The notes under the pieces are model-generated. The model was not told where the DNA came from. It did no database searches and saw only the letters and a program-made list of their open reading frames with translations. A DNA stretch of 63,651 nt, filler included, from Octopus bimaculoides (taxonomy: Eukaryota), in assembly GCF_001194135.2 (NCBI RefSeq). It is 6 parts of 6 records of this genome, joined end to end, with 100 filler letters (N's around TTAATTAATTAA, not from the genome) between each part and the next. Parts side by side here need not be neighbours in the genome. Positions count along the whole stretch, not along the records: positions 1 to 25,389 come from NC_068982.1; 5 more parts are not named here. The stretch is one strand, 5' to 3'. This document shows, piece after piece, positions 1 through 13,200 of the stretch. The translations under genes were made by a program, and so were the position numbers. The first letter of the stretch is position 1. Each line of letters opens with the position of its first letter.

Positions 1-585
1 CCCCCCAACAATAGTGTGTAGCTTGAGAGAGATTTGGCTGTTATTTTTAGCACGTCGAGTGACCACGTAGGGTCGCTTGTTGGCTCGTGACGTTTCTGAA
101 AAATGATTAGTGGCTATCAGTGTGTGTGTGTGTGGACTTTATTGCGTTAAGATGCTTCTCCGAAGTGTAAACTCTACTAAACAACAGGTAAAAGTAACTA
201 TTATTCCAGTGATTCAATTCATAACTGCCTGTTTTCTTCTGGTAATGCCCTTATTACCGTTCTTGTTATTTATTGTTCTCAGTAGTGAGTGAGTGATGGT
301 ACTGTATTTAGTGACGTTGATTACTGCTGCTGTTGTTGTTGTTGTTGTTGTTGTTGTTGCTGTCCTAGCCACTGTGGTAGTGGCAGAGAGAGAAGTAGCG
401 CGAGGCACGTGCTACCTACAAGACAACCACTTCATTTTATAGATACGGGTATGAACGAACTAGAGACACCCTCAATTTCACTCCGCCCCACCCACTTACA
501 TACGGTTATTATTGTTGTTGTTGTTGTTGTTGTTGTTATTGCCGTTGTTGGTTGTTAATAACAATTACAATAATAATAAAGCAGC

Positions 586-625
<40 letters not shown>

Positions 626-715
626 ACAATAATAATAAAGAAATAAAAAAAATAAAGAAAACGTCTAATATAAAGAGTACACATATGTATATTTGGGAGT
701 ACATATATGTGTGTG

Positions 716-747
<32 letters not shown>

Positions 748-1015
748 TGTATGTATAAGAAAAACTGACAAATATACACAAAAGACAGAAAAATACGAGA
801 GAGAGGAATAGAGAAATGGAGTGCGTTAAAACTAGAAAGATCTAAAAAGCCGGAGCGAAAGCGGGAGAGAAAGCGTTAATCAAGATATTTCAGCTGTTGG
901 TAGTTCTCTGTAAACCATTTACGTTTCTTATTTGTTTATTTTTTTTCTCTGTCTTTTTTCAAATTCAATAAACATACTTGATGTATATCTGTATCCGTAT
1001 TAAATAAACATGCTT

Positions 1016-1046
<31 letters not shown>

Positions 1047-1047
<1 letters not shown>

Positions 1048-1260
1048 CTCTTTCTTTTACTCTCTTTTACTCGTTTCAGTCATTTGACTGCGGCCATGCT
1101 GGAGCACCGCCTTTAATCGAGCAAATCGACCCCGGGACTTATTCTTTGTAAGCCTAGTACTTATTCTATCGGTCTTTTTTGCCGAACCGCTATGTTACGG
1201 GGACGTAAACACACCAGCATCGGTTGTCAAGCGATGTTGGGAAGACAAACACAGACACAC
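1047..1260 (-). mobile_element. tRNA-derived SINE family 1, 3' half (cut by gap)
   Basis: Matches the repeat TTTCAGTCATTTGACTGCGGCCATGCTGGAGCACCGCC...ACACCAGCATCGGTTGTCAAGCGATG seen about 10 times in this window; (TACTCTTT)n tail. Confidence 0.9.
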
Positions 1261-1262
1261 AA

Positions 1263-1293
<31 letters not shown>

Positions 1294-1837
1294 CACANNN
1301 NNNNNNNNNNNNNNNNNNNNNNNNNNNNNNNNNNNNNNNNNNNNNNNNNNNNNNNNNNNNNNNNNNNNNNNNNNNNNNNNNNNNNNNNNNNNNNNNNNNN
1401 NNNNNNNNNNNNNNNNNNNNNNNNNNNNNNNNNNNNNNNNNNNNNNNNNNNNNNNNNNNNNNNNNNNNNNNNNNNNNNNNNNNNNNNNNNNNNNNNNNNN
1501 NNNNNNNNNNNNNNNNNNNNNNNNNNNNNNNNNNNNNNNNNNNNNNNNNNNNNNCCCACGCTGTGAGAATTCTGGTTGCGGAATTCTACACTTACAGAAA
1601 TCACAAAGCGTAATCACTAATTTAGGAATATGCTTTTTTGCTACCTTTTACAAATTTGAAAAACTTTTAAAAGTTAATGTCATGATACCTACAGGGTAAT
1701 TGGGTTAATTTTGACAGCGCTAAAGGAAAAGACATATTATCCTTTACAAAAATAAAAGTATTTTTAAAAATCCCAAGATATCATCTACACTATGGCTGAG
1801 AGATAATAGTTTTTCAAATTCTTCATCCATTCTTGTA

Positions 1838-2085
1838 TACTCTTTTACTCTTTTACTTGTTTCAGTCATTTTACTGTGGCCATGCTGGAGCACCGCCTTT
1901 AGTCGAGCAAATCGACCCCGGCACTTATTCTTTGTAAGCCTAGTACTTATTCTATCGGTCTCTTTTTGCCGAACCGCTAAGTGACGGGGACGTAAACACA
2001 CCAGCATCGGTTGTCAAGCAATGCTAGGAGGGGGGGGGGNNNNNNNNNNNNNNNNNNNNNNNNNNNNNNNNNNNNNNNNNNNNNN

Positions 2086-2123
<38 letters not shown>

Positions 2124-2270
2124 GACGGGCTTCTTTCAGTTTCCGTCTGCCAAATCCACTCATAAGGCTTTGGTCGGCCCGAGGCTATAGTAGGTGCCAC
2201 GCAATGGGACTGAACCTGGAACCATGTGGTTGGTAAGCATGTTACTTACCACACAGCCATTCCTGCGCCT
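1838..2270 (-). mobile_element. SINE family 1, near full length
   Basis: 3' half at 1838-2030, internal microsatellite/gap, then head. On the minus strand the head reads TGGCTGTGTGGTAAG (A-box-like) ... GGTTCCAGGTTCAGTCCC (B-box-like). Confidence 0.9.
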
Positions 2271-2319
2271 GTGCAAAGGTTCATGGTGATCCATAATCAA
2301 TGACAGATCTATGTAATGA

Positions 2320-2770
2320 GAGATAATAGTTTACTGTAAGTAACTGTCTTTAGCTTCCCCCCACGGCCTCAAGATGGATTCCAAACATGGCGTATGCTCT
2401 TCTTACTGCACACTGGGAAGATCTTTGAGCATCTCCTTGATTTTGGCCACCGGCTCGGCTTTCCTCAACTACGCCCCACACAGTACTTCACGGGATTATA
2501 GTTGGGGTAATTATGAGACCAGGGATTGGGGCTGCTGAAGTCGTAGAAATTCTCCGAGGAGCCGAATCCCGCTTCCACTCAATATTGGCCTTCCAGCAGC
2601 AACCCTCCCCAGACAGGGTTTGGCCACAGTCTCCAGCAGCTTCACATAGGCCTCTGAATCGAACCTTAAACCTTGTTCAAAGATGTGGGAATGAATTCCG
2701 GCGAGCTGATGCAATCAGAACGCCTGATGTGTCCCTTCCTGCAGATTGAGACTATTCCGTTGCAGTAGTC
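2320..2770 (-). mobile_element. Degenerate Tc1/mariner (maT/DD37D-like) transposase fragment
   Basis: Minus frame HIFEQGLRFDSEAYVKLLETVAKPCLGRVAAGRP, then ...VWGVVE... after frameshifts; same family as the 42.3-43.1 kb relic. Confidence 0.7.
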
Positions 2771-2949
2771 AATGAATCCATGTCACGTTCTTTGCTTTTA
2801 CAGCGTTCGTAGAGCATTGACCAGCAATTATGATATCTATATTTTGATACCCGGAACGAATCTTTTCCCAAAAACGAAGACTTAAAATTCGTCAAATTTA
2901 ACCTGAAAACCCTGTGTGTGTGTGTATGTGTGTGTGTGCGTGTGTGTGC

Positions 2950-2980
<31 letters not shown>

Positions 2981-3749
2981 TGTGTGTGTGTGTGTGTGTG
3001 TGAGTGTGTGAATATTTTTCTTTTAGAAATGATATATTTCCTCTTTGAATCGTCAGTGCATTTTTCTTGCTGAAGCCTACCAATGCAATTCTGTTAATTT
3101 ATTGCTTTTCTTCATTTTACATCTAACTCTACGTTCTTGTCAATTCCTATTTGCACCCTTCACCCACATTCTTGTTTTCGATTCCTTTCAACATTCTTAC
3201 CAACTCCATACCTTCATGTTGTAACGTGTTCCAATTCAACTGACCTAGGTTTTGATTACGAAATTTAGTCGTACTTCCCCTCAAGTCGCAATCCTTCAAA
3301 TTCACTCCTTTCATTTTCTCATTTCAACTCTTGTGTCTAAAGCAATAAAACCGCTATTTTTTGCTGACGTAATGTCAAAAAAATTTGTACGCAACTTACT
3401 ACAATACAACTGTATTTTCATTTATTCCCTATTATATTTCTCCTATTATATTACTGTTCAGTGATGTGCTTAATAATAGTAATTTTTATTTTTGTTTTTC
3501 GAAAGATCATTCTTTCGAAAGCTATCTCAATTAATAGCATGACAGCCAATAGGAATATAGATCTCGCGTTACGGAATTACAGGTTCCTGCAAAGCTTACA
3601 AAAATGCAACATCTCCGTATCTCGAGCGATATTTGTGATCTCTACGCAAATCACGTGGTGCTATTAAGTTAGACATGGCCTGGGCCTATACTGACCGAAA
3701 CCTACGAAAGTTATCAAAGTAAACAAATATATTGTTATATGTATGCGTG

Positions 3750-3916
3750 GTGTGTTTACGTCCCCGTAACTTAGCAGTTCGGCAAAAGCGACCGATAGAA
3801 TAAGTGCTAGGCTTCCAAAGAATAAGTCCTGGATTCGATTTGCTCGACGAAAGGCGATGCTCCAGCATGGCCGCAGTCAAATGACTGAAACAAGTAAAAG
3901 AGTAAAAGAGTAAAGA
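3750..3916 (+). mobile_element. SINE family 1, 3' half
   Basis: GTGTTTACGTCCCCGTAACTTAGC...GCTCCAGCATGGCCGCAGTCAAATGACTGAAACAAGTAAAAGAGTAAAAGAG. Confidence 0.9.
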
Positions 3917-3955
3917 TATATATATATATATATATACACGCACACACACACACAC

Positions 3956-3993
<38 letters not shown>

Positions 3994-4241
3994 TAAATTA
4001 GCGTACTTCTCAAGTGTGTATATGTATTAAATGACTACAATTAATATCCGTATTTTCATTATATGAATACACTATATATGTAGTAAATGAATGTATATTA
4101 TATATATGTATTAACTAAACATATTTATGTGTGTGTATGTATTAAATTAACATGTTTATTATGTATTAAATGTGCATTGTGTTTGTATATGTGTATCAAA
4201 TGAATATAACTTGTATGTGCGTGTAGATATATTTAGTGAAC

Positions 4242-4273
<32 letters not shown>

Positions 4274-4882
4274 AGTGTGTGTATTAAATCAACAATTCAT
4301 ATGTATGTGTGTGCGCATAATTTTAATGAAAACCCTTGCGTTTCATTTTTTTCTTTTTTCTTTTTCCGAGAAATAAATTAGCCGTTTTGGCTTTGTCTAC
4401 GCGACTTCGTGCACTTGGAGGCGGGAGACGAGGATTTGATTCTGGCCACGGGTCATCAACGGAGCATTCATGCACAAACAAACTCGAATTCTAGACGATT
4501 TACCTACCTAGGCGCTCCCCTGGGTCACGTGCCATCAATAGAGAGTCCCTCATCTTAAGTATCGTCATCAATGTCACGGCTTGCATCAGTTTCCGGTTAT
4601 TTGAGGGTGAAGGGTGAGTAGGGAGATGAGTGTAGGGTAGGTTTAGTATTGATGGGAATGGTGGTGATAGACAGCGTGGATGGACGTTGCTAGAAGTCAT
4701 CGTGATAGGGGTATGAGCGTTACCTCTTGCTTCGCATAAGTATGTTCGTGCACGCTCACTCTGACACACACACAAACAAACATACACATTCATATATACA
4801 TACGTGTGTGTGTGTGTGTGTGTGTGTGTCTGTGTCCGAATACAAACTCATATACATGCATGTATGTTCTATATATATATAT

Positions 4883-5044
4883 ACTCTTTTACTTGTTTCA
4901 GTCATTTGACTGCGGCCATGCTGGAGCACCGCCTTTAGTCGAGCAAATCGACCCCGGGACTTATTCTTTGTAAGCCTAGTACTTATTTTATCGGTCTCTT
5001 TTGCCGAACCGCTAAATTACGGGGACACAAACACACCAGCATCG
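4883..5044 (-). mobile_element. SINE family 1, 3' half (cut by gap)
   Basis: Near-identical to 1047-1260. Confidence 0.9.
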
Positions 5045-5392
5045 NNNNNNNNNNNNNNNNNNNNNNNNNNNNNNNNNNNNNNNNNNNNNNNNNNNNNNNN
5101 NNNNNNNNNNNNNNNNNNNNNNNNNNNNNNNNNNNNNNNNNNNNNNNNNNNNNNNNNNNNNNNNNNNNNNNNNNNNNNNNNNNNNNNNNNNNNNNNNNNN
5201 NNNNNNNNNNNNNNNNNNNNNNNNNNNNNNNNNNNNNNNNNNNNNNNNNNNNNNNNNNNNNNNNNNNNNNNNNNNNNNNNNNNNNNNNNNNNNNNNNNNN
5301 NNNNNNNNNNNNNNNNNNNNNNNNNNNNNNNNNNNNNNNNNNNNNNNNNNNNNNNNNNNNNNNNNNNNNNNNNNNNNNNNNNNNNNNNNNNN

Positions 5393-5424
<32 letters not shown>

Positions 5425-5430
5425 TATACA

Positions 5431-5477
<47 letters not shown>

Positions 5478-5652
5478 CCATACTATTTATACATATAAAG
5501 AATAGATAAGGACAAACCAAGTACGTTGTATAATTGGCTAGAAATAATGCAGATGTACTAATCTCCGTATTCATTGTAGTTGTCTTGTACGTAGGTATGT
5601 ATGTATGTATGTATGTAGGTGTGTGTGTGTGTATATGTATGTATATACATAC

Positions 5653-5690
<38 letters not shown>

Positions 5691-6069
5691 NNNNNNNNNN
5701 NNNNNNNNNNNNNNNNNNNNNNNNNNNNNNNNNNNNNNNNNNNNNNNNNNNNNNNNNNNNNNNNNNNNNNNNNNNNNNNNNNNNNNNNNNNNNNNNNNNN
5801 NNNNNNNNNNNNNNNNNNNNNNNNNNNNNNNNNNNNNNNNNNNNNNNNNNNNNNNNNNNNNNNNNNNNNNNNNNNNNNNNNNNNNNNNNNNNNNNNNNNN
5901 NNNNNNNNNNNNNNNNNNNNNNNNNNNNNNNNNNNNNNNNNNNNNNNNNNNNNNNNNNNNNNNNNNNNNNNNNNNNNNNNNNNNNNNNNNNNNNNNNNNN
6001 NNNNNNNNNNNNNNNNNNNNNNNNNNNNNNNNNNNNNNNNNNNNNNNNNNNNNNNNNNNNNNNNNNNNT

Positions 6070-6149
6070 ATATTTTGCCGAACAGCTAAATTACGGGGAC
6101 ATAAACATACTAGCATCAGCTGTCAAGCGATGTCGGGGAGGGGGGAGGA

Positions 6150-6208
<59 letters not shown>

Positions 6209-6342
6209 GTATATATATATGTATACACGAAGGGCTTCTTTAATTTTCCGTCCAAATCCACTCACAACGCTTTGGTTAGCCCGTGGGACTGAATCCGGAA
6301 CCATGTGATTTGGAAGCAAGCTTCTTTCCACTCAGCAACGCC
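6070..6342 (-). mobile_element. SINE family 1, partial with internal (CA)n
   Basis: TTTTGCCGAACAGCTAAATTACGGGGAC ... (CA)n ... ACGAAGGGCTTCTTTAATTTTCCGTC ... GACTGAATCCGGAACCATGTG. Confidence 0.85.
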
Positions 6343-6520
6343 TATGTGTCTGACGAAAGTAGCATTAATATTTTTAAGTCGTTCAATCTTTTTCTCTCGT
6401 CTGATTCAAAAGACCATTTGAGTAAACCTATCAGTAATGTACCTATAGTGACTACTGGAAACAGCTGTAAGCCAAATTTTCTCCAATAAGGAGAAATATG
6501 TAATGCGTAGCATGCTTGAC

Positions 6521-6550
<30 letters not shown>

Positions 6551-6558
<8 letters not shown>

Positions 6559-6720
6559 GGACAAGAACGCAAAACATCCAGAGAGTTAGGTGACACAAGA
6601 AAGGGACAACAAAACATCCAGATAGACGATACAAAGAAAACAAGGACGGGTCATTCGGAGTTTTCTTTCCTCAGTCGAGTTCCAGATTATCTTTGCAATT
6701 TCGGCTGGTTATACTCGAGG
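6551..6720 (-). repeat. Short interspersed repeat, possibly Penelope-LTR-derived; copy 1 of a local direct pair
   Basis: About 150 bp nearly identical to 7305-7462; abuts (TA)n; minus strand has a degenerate CTGAGGA...CTCCGAA motif. Confidence 0.55.
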
Positions 6721-7304
6721 AAAAAACTAAGCTAAGAGCATTAGATTCCTTGGAAGAAAGCAGCGAATGCATACGAAAACAAGGACGGAAAAAAACGGAG
6801 AAAGTTACACAAATACATATAACAGGACTTAACAGGTGTCTTTCGACTAAGGACGAATTAAATTAAGCTGGTATGTGTGGAAGTAAAGCCTTACGGCATG
6901 GATACAAGATTTCACAGGCACAGGGTAGAATGTAGACGTTACACGGACAACGGCCGAACCAAGAAAGAAAGGTCAGGCTTGGTCGAACATCGGTCACGTG
7001 GGGAGAGAAGAGAGAGAGGTAGAGGCAGAGGGACAGAAGAAATAAAAAGGGACGAGAAAAAATGACAGAGACACAGTGAAGTGAAAAGAAGAGGGAAAGT
7101 GAGCATGGAGAGAAGGCAATGAAATGCGAGAGAGGGAGAAAGAATGAACGAAGAGTGAAATGAACGAAATAAGCGTGAAAGGGCTGATGGAAGAAGGAAA
7201 GAATAAAAGAATAAGAGAATAGAGTCGTACATGATTTAGATAAATATATAATTACATATAAGAGACCAAAGTGTACGTACGCCGCTATATATGTATATAT
7301 ATAA

Positions 7305-7462
7305 AATACAAAATGGCACAAGAACGCAAATCATCCAGACAGTTAGGTGATGCAAGAAAGGGACAACAAAACATCCAGATAGACGATACAAAGAAAACAA
7401 GGACGGACATTCGGAGTTTTCTTTCCTCAGTCGAGTTCCAGATTATCTTTGCAATTTCGGCT
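7305..7462 (-). repeat. Copy 2 of the 6551-6720 repeat
   Basis: AAAATGGCACAAGAACGCAAATCATCCAGACAG...TTATCTTTGCAATTTCGGCT matches copy 1. Confidence 0.6.
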
Positions 7463-7596
7463 ATATATATAGTGTGTTTAACTTGTTTATATAAATATAT
7501 CTATTTCGATAAGTATAATGAATCGTCCGAGCAGGAAAGATGGTCACGCGAGGAAAAGAAAGACGGACGATGGTCAGGTGTGTGCAACACACACAC

Positions 7597-7628
<32 letters not shown>

Positions 7629-8047
7629 GCATGCATGCATACATACATATACAGAGATCTATATTAACGCACATGCACACGCGTACATATACACAAGTCA
7701 ATAAACAAATCTACACATAGGCACACACGTGTGGATCCGTATGTGGTTCTGTACGATCGCGTGTCTCTACCTGTATGCATTTGAACGTAATATATACCTG
7801 TATGTGCGTGTGTGTGTGTGTGTGTGCATGCGCGTATGTGTGTGTGTATGTGTGTGTGAATACGTGTTCGTATCTATGCATGAAAGTGTTTATATATTTG
7901 TGTGTCTGCCTGTATGTGTGTCCATGCGTGTACATATCCCTTCATCTCATACAGTGTATATTATACATACTCACATACTTACATGCACACACAATTACAC
8001 ACACACACACACGCACAAAATTTCACATATATATACACACATATATC

Positions 8048-8099
<52 letters not shown>

Positions 8100-9034
8100 N
8101 NNNNNNNNNNNNNNNNNNNNNNNNNNNNNNNNNNNNNNNNNNNNNNNNNNNNNNNNNNNNNNNNNNNNNNNNNNNNNNNNNNNNNNNNNNNNNNNNNNNN
8201 NNNNNNNNNNNNNNNNNNNNNNNNNNNNNNNNNNNNNNNNNNNNNNNNNNNNNNNNNNNNNNNNNNNNNNNNNNNNNNNNNNNNNNNNNNNNNNNNNNNN
8301 NNNNNNNNNNNNNNNNNNNNNNNNNNNNNNNNNNNNNNNNNNNNNNNNNNNNNNNNNNNNNNNNNNNNNNNNNNNNNNNNNNNNNNNNNNNNNNNNNNNN
8401 NNNNNNNNNNNNNNNNNNNNNNNNNNNNNNNNNNNNNNNNNNNNNNNNNNNNNNNNNNNNNNNNNNNNNNNNNNNNNNNNNNNNNNNNNNNNNNNNNNNN
8501 NNNNNNNNNNNNNNNNNNNNNNNNNNNNNNNNNNNNNNNNNNNNNNNNNNNNNNNNNNNNNNNNNNNNNNNNNNNNNNNNNNNNNNNNNNNNNNNNNNNN
8601 NNNNNNNNNNNNNNNNNNNNNNNNNNNNNNNNNNNNNNNNNNNNNNNNNNNNNNNNNNNNNNNNNNNNNNNNNNNNNNNNNNNNNNNNNNNNNNNNNNNN
8701 NNNNNNNNNNNNNNNNNNNNNNNNNNNNNNNNNNNNNNNNNNNNNNNNNNNNNNNNNNNNNNNNNNNNNNNNNNNNNNNNNNNNNNNNNNNNNNNNNNNN
8801 NNNNNNNNNNNNNNNNNNNNNNNNNNNNNNNNNNNNNNNNNNNNNNNNCTTCTTAAATGAAATGTTATCGTTTTAGTTAAAAAACCTTATTGGATAGTAT
8901 GATTCTGTATTTCCAGTAGATAGAAACACACCAGGATAGTCACGGCTGGAATGTCTTTGATTATAGGTTTGCTCGATCGGGGCTGACTTGTTCTTTTTGA
9001 TTAAACATAGAAACATACAATTACATAGATGCAC

Positions 9035-9108
<74 letters not shown>

Positions 9109-9573
9109 GTAGGCAGGAAGAGAGAAGGCAAGTGTATGCGTGCACGTGGTATGTGATGTGTGTGCACACATGGGTGCACGCGTGTGTACGTGTGTGCGTG
9201 TGTTAAAGATACTGACACCATAGAACAGCGCTCTGACAGTCACACTTCACTAAGCATCAGTGACACACGTCAAATAGACCCTGCGATTGTTCTTACTGAG
9301 ATTGCTACCGCCTGATCAAGCTTGAACATCCGTCACGACGACTGCATCGAAAGAACGCGAGGGAAGAGACAGGGAGAGAGAGAGAGAGAGACTTAGAGAC
9401 TGACAAACGCGCACGCATACATTTATAATATATTCTCTCACATATAGAGATAGACACGAGGAGGAAAGAGTTAAAGAAAGAATGGGGAGCGTGAAAGGCG
9501 AAAATGGACAGGATGTGAAAGAATAAGAGAAATGAAAACATATAAGGAGACAGACAGACAAATAGATAGGCAG

Positions 9574-9642
<69 letters not shown>

Positions 9643-10248
9643 AGAGATTTTAGTCAAATTATTTTTCACACTATTGATCGATGGTTCATCCCCCACCACT
9701 TCTTCCTTTGATACCACCACTTGTTGAGCGCAGTGCAATCCATCTGAACAAGACTGACATCCGACCCTTCTTCTTTGTCATCGTTTTATAAACAATGGAA
9801 TACAGCTCTTAATGACACCACTACGTCAGATGTGATGTTTTTTGTTCCGTATTTTTCCATTCAGAAAAATACAATATTTTTTCTGGATATCATTACAAAA
9901 AAAAAAAAAAGTAAAAAAAACATGATAAAAATAAAATAACATAAAACAGACGATGCGTTGGCAGAAATATATAAAAGGATAAAATAACTGATAGTAATTT
10001 AGTTTCAGCATTCTGAGTTCAAATTTCGTGTGAGTCGATTTTTGCCTGTTTGACTAGTAATACTCAATTACTGTTTCAGTCAACTATATTTCTCTCATGA
10101 ACTCCACACATTTTTTTTTCATTCTCTCTCTGTTTACTTCTTCTTATTCCTTTCTGTTGCACGAAACGTAACAGACTTTTTCATTTCTCGCGAACGTCAA
10201 ACTAATACACATGCTTGTTTTTCGGCCACGAGCAAGTGGAAATCATGA

Positions 10249-13200
10249 TGCACTACCTTTGTGGTTTAGTTTAATGGATTTTTCATGTAGCTCTGGGTTT
10301 CACGAGTCAGAAAATTGATGTTGCCAGCAAAACAAACTGGGAAGAAAGACACCCCACCATCATGCCCACTTTTACAGCTGGGGGCAGAAAATTAGGAGTA
10401 TAGAAAATTCAAACAGTTCTAACTTTGCAACTCTTCGCCAAAATATTTCAAATGACCACTTAAAATGATTGCCTGGTCAAGATCTACAACTTCATGCAAA
10501 TGATAAGCAAATTTATTCTGTAAAAAGGTCACCAAAGGTCAAAAGGTTACGTACTTTGAATTTTACCTATAATAGCTCGCATTCACAGGTTTCATTTGAC
10601 ACCAAGACCATATAAGGTTGTTTTCTTTTTATTAAAAATTAATCAAAACGAAGGTTTACATGTGTTTTTTAATTTTTTAATATCAGAAGCAAAAAAAAAA
10701 AAAAATTGAAAAGAAGCAGTGTTTACCTGTGGAATGTAAGATATTTCTGCACTTTTACATACTGCTTTATACGTATTGCTGAATGTGTCGCAAGTGGTAC
10801 TTTCGAATCTTTCTTTGAATCATTGCGAATGACCACAGAAGATGATATTTGAGTTGATCTATAACATGAAACATCAAATTATGCAAATATTTTCATCAAA
10901 GAGGATGTTGAAGTCAAAACAAAAGTTGACCCTACCTACACCATAGCAGTTTGTTATGCAAGGTCGTTATGAAATGTGCTATATAATTCTAATATTGAAA
11001 CAAATGCCGGCTGATATAATACTTTCTATCTCTCAAGTTTAAACAAGATCCATTTCAAGTGTTACAGCAGTTACCTTTCTTCCTGGTAGATATATACACA
11101 GAATGAAAACAACGGATCATTAAAATTTGAATTAACACATTTCTAGTAAGCGTTCATCCTAATTCTTACCTGGTTGTATCTTATTTTCACGACAGTTATA
11201 TCTGTTCTTCGTTTCAATAACTTTGTAATATATTGGGCCTCGTCCCATCCACATATGCCACATAATTGTCAAAGATGACAACATTATTTTTTAACCATCT
11301 ATTACATTCATGAGTCATTTCAGGTGTCCGATTAAAAATCAACACCATCACTTCCAGTATCACTGTCCGATCCTACTCTGTCAAAGAAATCACTTTCACT
11401 AAGTTCACTGTCACTATCAGGGTCAGAATCTGATGCGCGAATTTCGTCTTCGAGTTCTTCCAGAATATTGATCAACTGACGGGGCATCACTTCACCATCG
11501 GTCCACTTCGGCTTCATGATTCCAGCTTCCATTGTTCATATCTGGTCTAGGCACTGAAGGCTTTGCAATGTTCGCGAGCTTCCATATCCTGGTCTGGAAG
11601 TTGCTTCGCCGAACGTGTTGCTCGAGGCCGTTTCTCCATGGGGACAGTGAAGCGAGATCGAATTGCTTAGATTTTGTGAAATCATCCTTCGCAATGCACT
11701 TTGCTCGCAAGGTTGTGAACAGCAATGTATTCACCTTTTTTGTCCTTTTGTTACCATATAGCACACATGGGAACCTCTCCAGTTCATTCATTACCTCCTC
11801 GTCGACTCACCTAACTTGGAGAACGCTTTCTAGAATGGTTCATCTGTTTCAGCGACTTTCAGTCCCTTCACTTTCACCTTCCATTTGGAGGCACTGGTAC
11901 TATCCTACCGGGTAAAGGCATGATAACCCAGCAGATAACCCAGAGAACAAGCGTGGAAGACATTGCCAGCTTGGTCATATTGATACAGCATTGTGTGTTG
12001 CCCTTTCCAGTTTCAAACAGAATTTGAAGTCCTTCCAGGAATCTAGCGTGGTGAAGTAAGATGAAAAATATGTCTGAATCAGGACTCCTCATGCAAACGG
12101 ATGTGCATCCCCGTTCTTTGGCATACATGCAATACAGGATCACATGAGTGTCAGTTTCTTCCTGTGAACATTCGAGAGAGCATATTTCTTGACAGAATGT
12201 GTTATGTCCATCCGATGTCAACTAGTAAGCTTTTCCTTCACTTATCAGTACCTTCTCATATCCAGTGAGAATGTCGGCAGACACCTCACTTCTCCAAGTT
12301 GAGAGCAAAAGCTGAATGAACTGTGTCTCATCATTTGCAAGAAAGACTTTCCAGTCTTTCAAACGCTTTATTTCCTCACCACTCAGGGTGAGTTTGTCTC
12401 CAACACCTCGTCTGTTTCGTTCCACCCCTTTTACAGAGTCTTCCTTATACATGTCAGGTGACAGGTGAAGAGCAGATCCCAACACCTTACGGCATATTCC
12501 CCGAATGTTTGTGGAATCTTACGCAAGCAATGGAACACTGCATTTCCATCCTCTATGATGAAGCTCTGTCTTGGATCAAGTAACTGTACATCATCGCATT
12601 CTTTCACAGCATATTTGAAGCCTTTCATTTGTCTTTTTTTGCTAAAAATCCATCTGTCAATCCAATGCTGTATAAAACAGGCGTCAATTGGTATGGCAAC
12701 AGTTTGTCAAGGTCAAGTTTCCGATCAATCTGTGCTTGAGACTTCGCTAGTTAGTGAAATGCTGTGTTTCCTTGCTGTTCGTACTCGTCAACTTTGTTTT
12801 GAGAAGTTGAGAATTTCACTGACTTGTGCATGCGGGCTATGATTTTCAAATTTGGGCGTTTAATAGGATTAAAGAAGCCATCCTTCTTCATTAGTCTGTT
12901 TTCTATGAAGTCTTCCTTTGCTAGCCTACCAACAGTCTCAGCAATGAAGACGCTCTTCGCAACTTCTTCTGAAGCCGGAGCGCCGGATAATAGATTGTAC
13001 AACTTTCCATCATCTGGGATGTTGAAAGGGTTGTTGAAGCGCTTGATAGCTTCAATGGTCCTTGAGACAAGTTTCTCACTGGTCACAATTTCACATGGAC
13101 GAACATCCCGGTGTTGCAGCCTTCTTCATCAGTCATTCCTACTAGATAAAATGTAACCTGAAGGAATTTGGCTCGTTCTTTACCTGACTGTCCATCTTTG

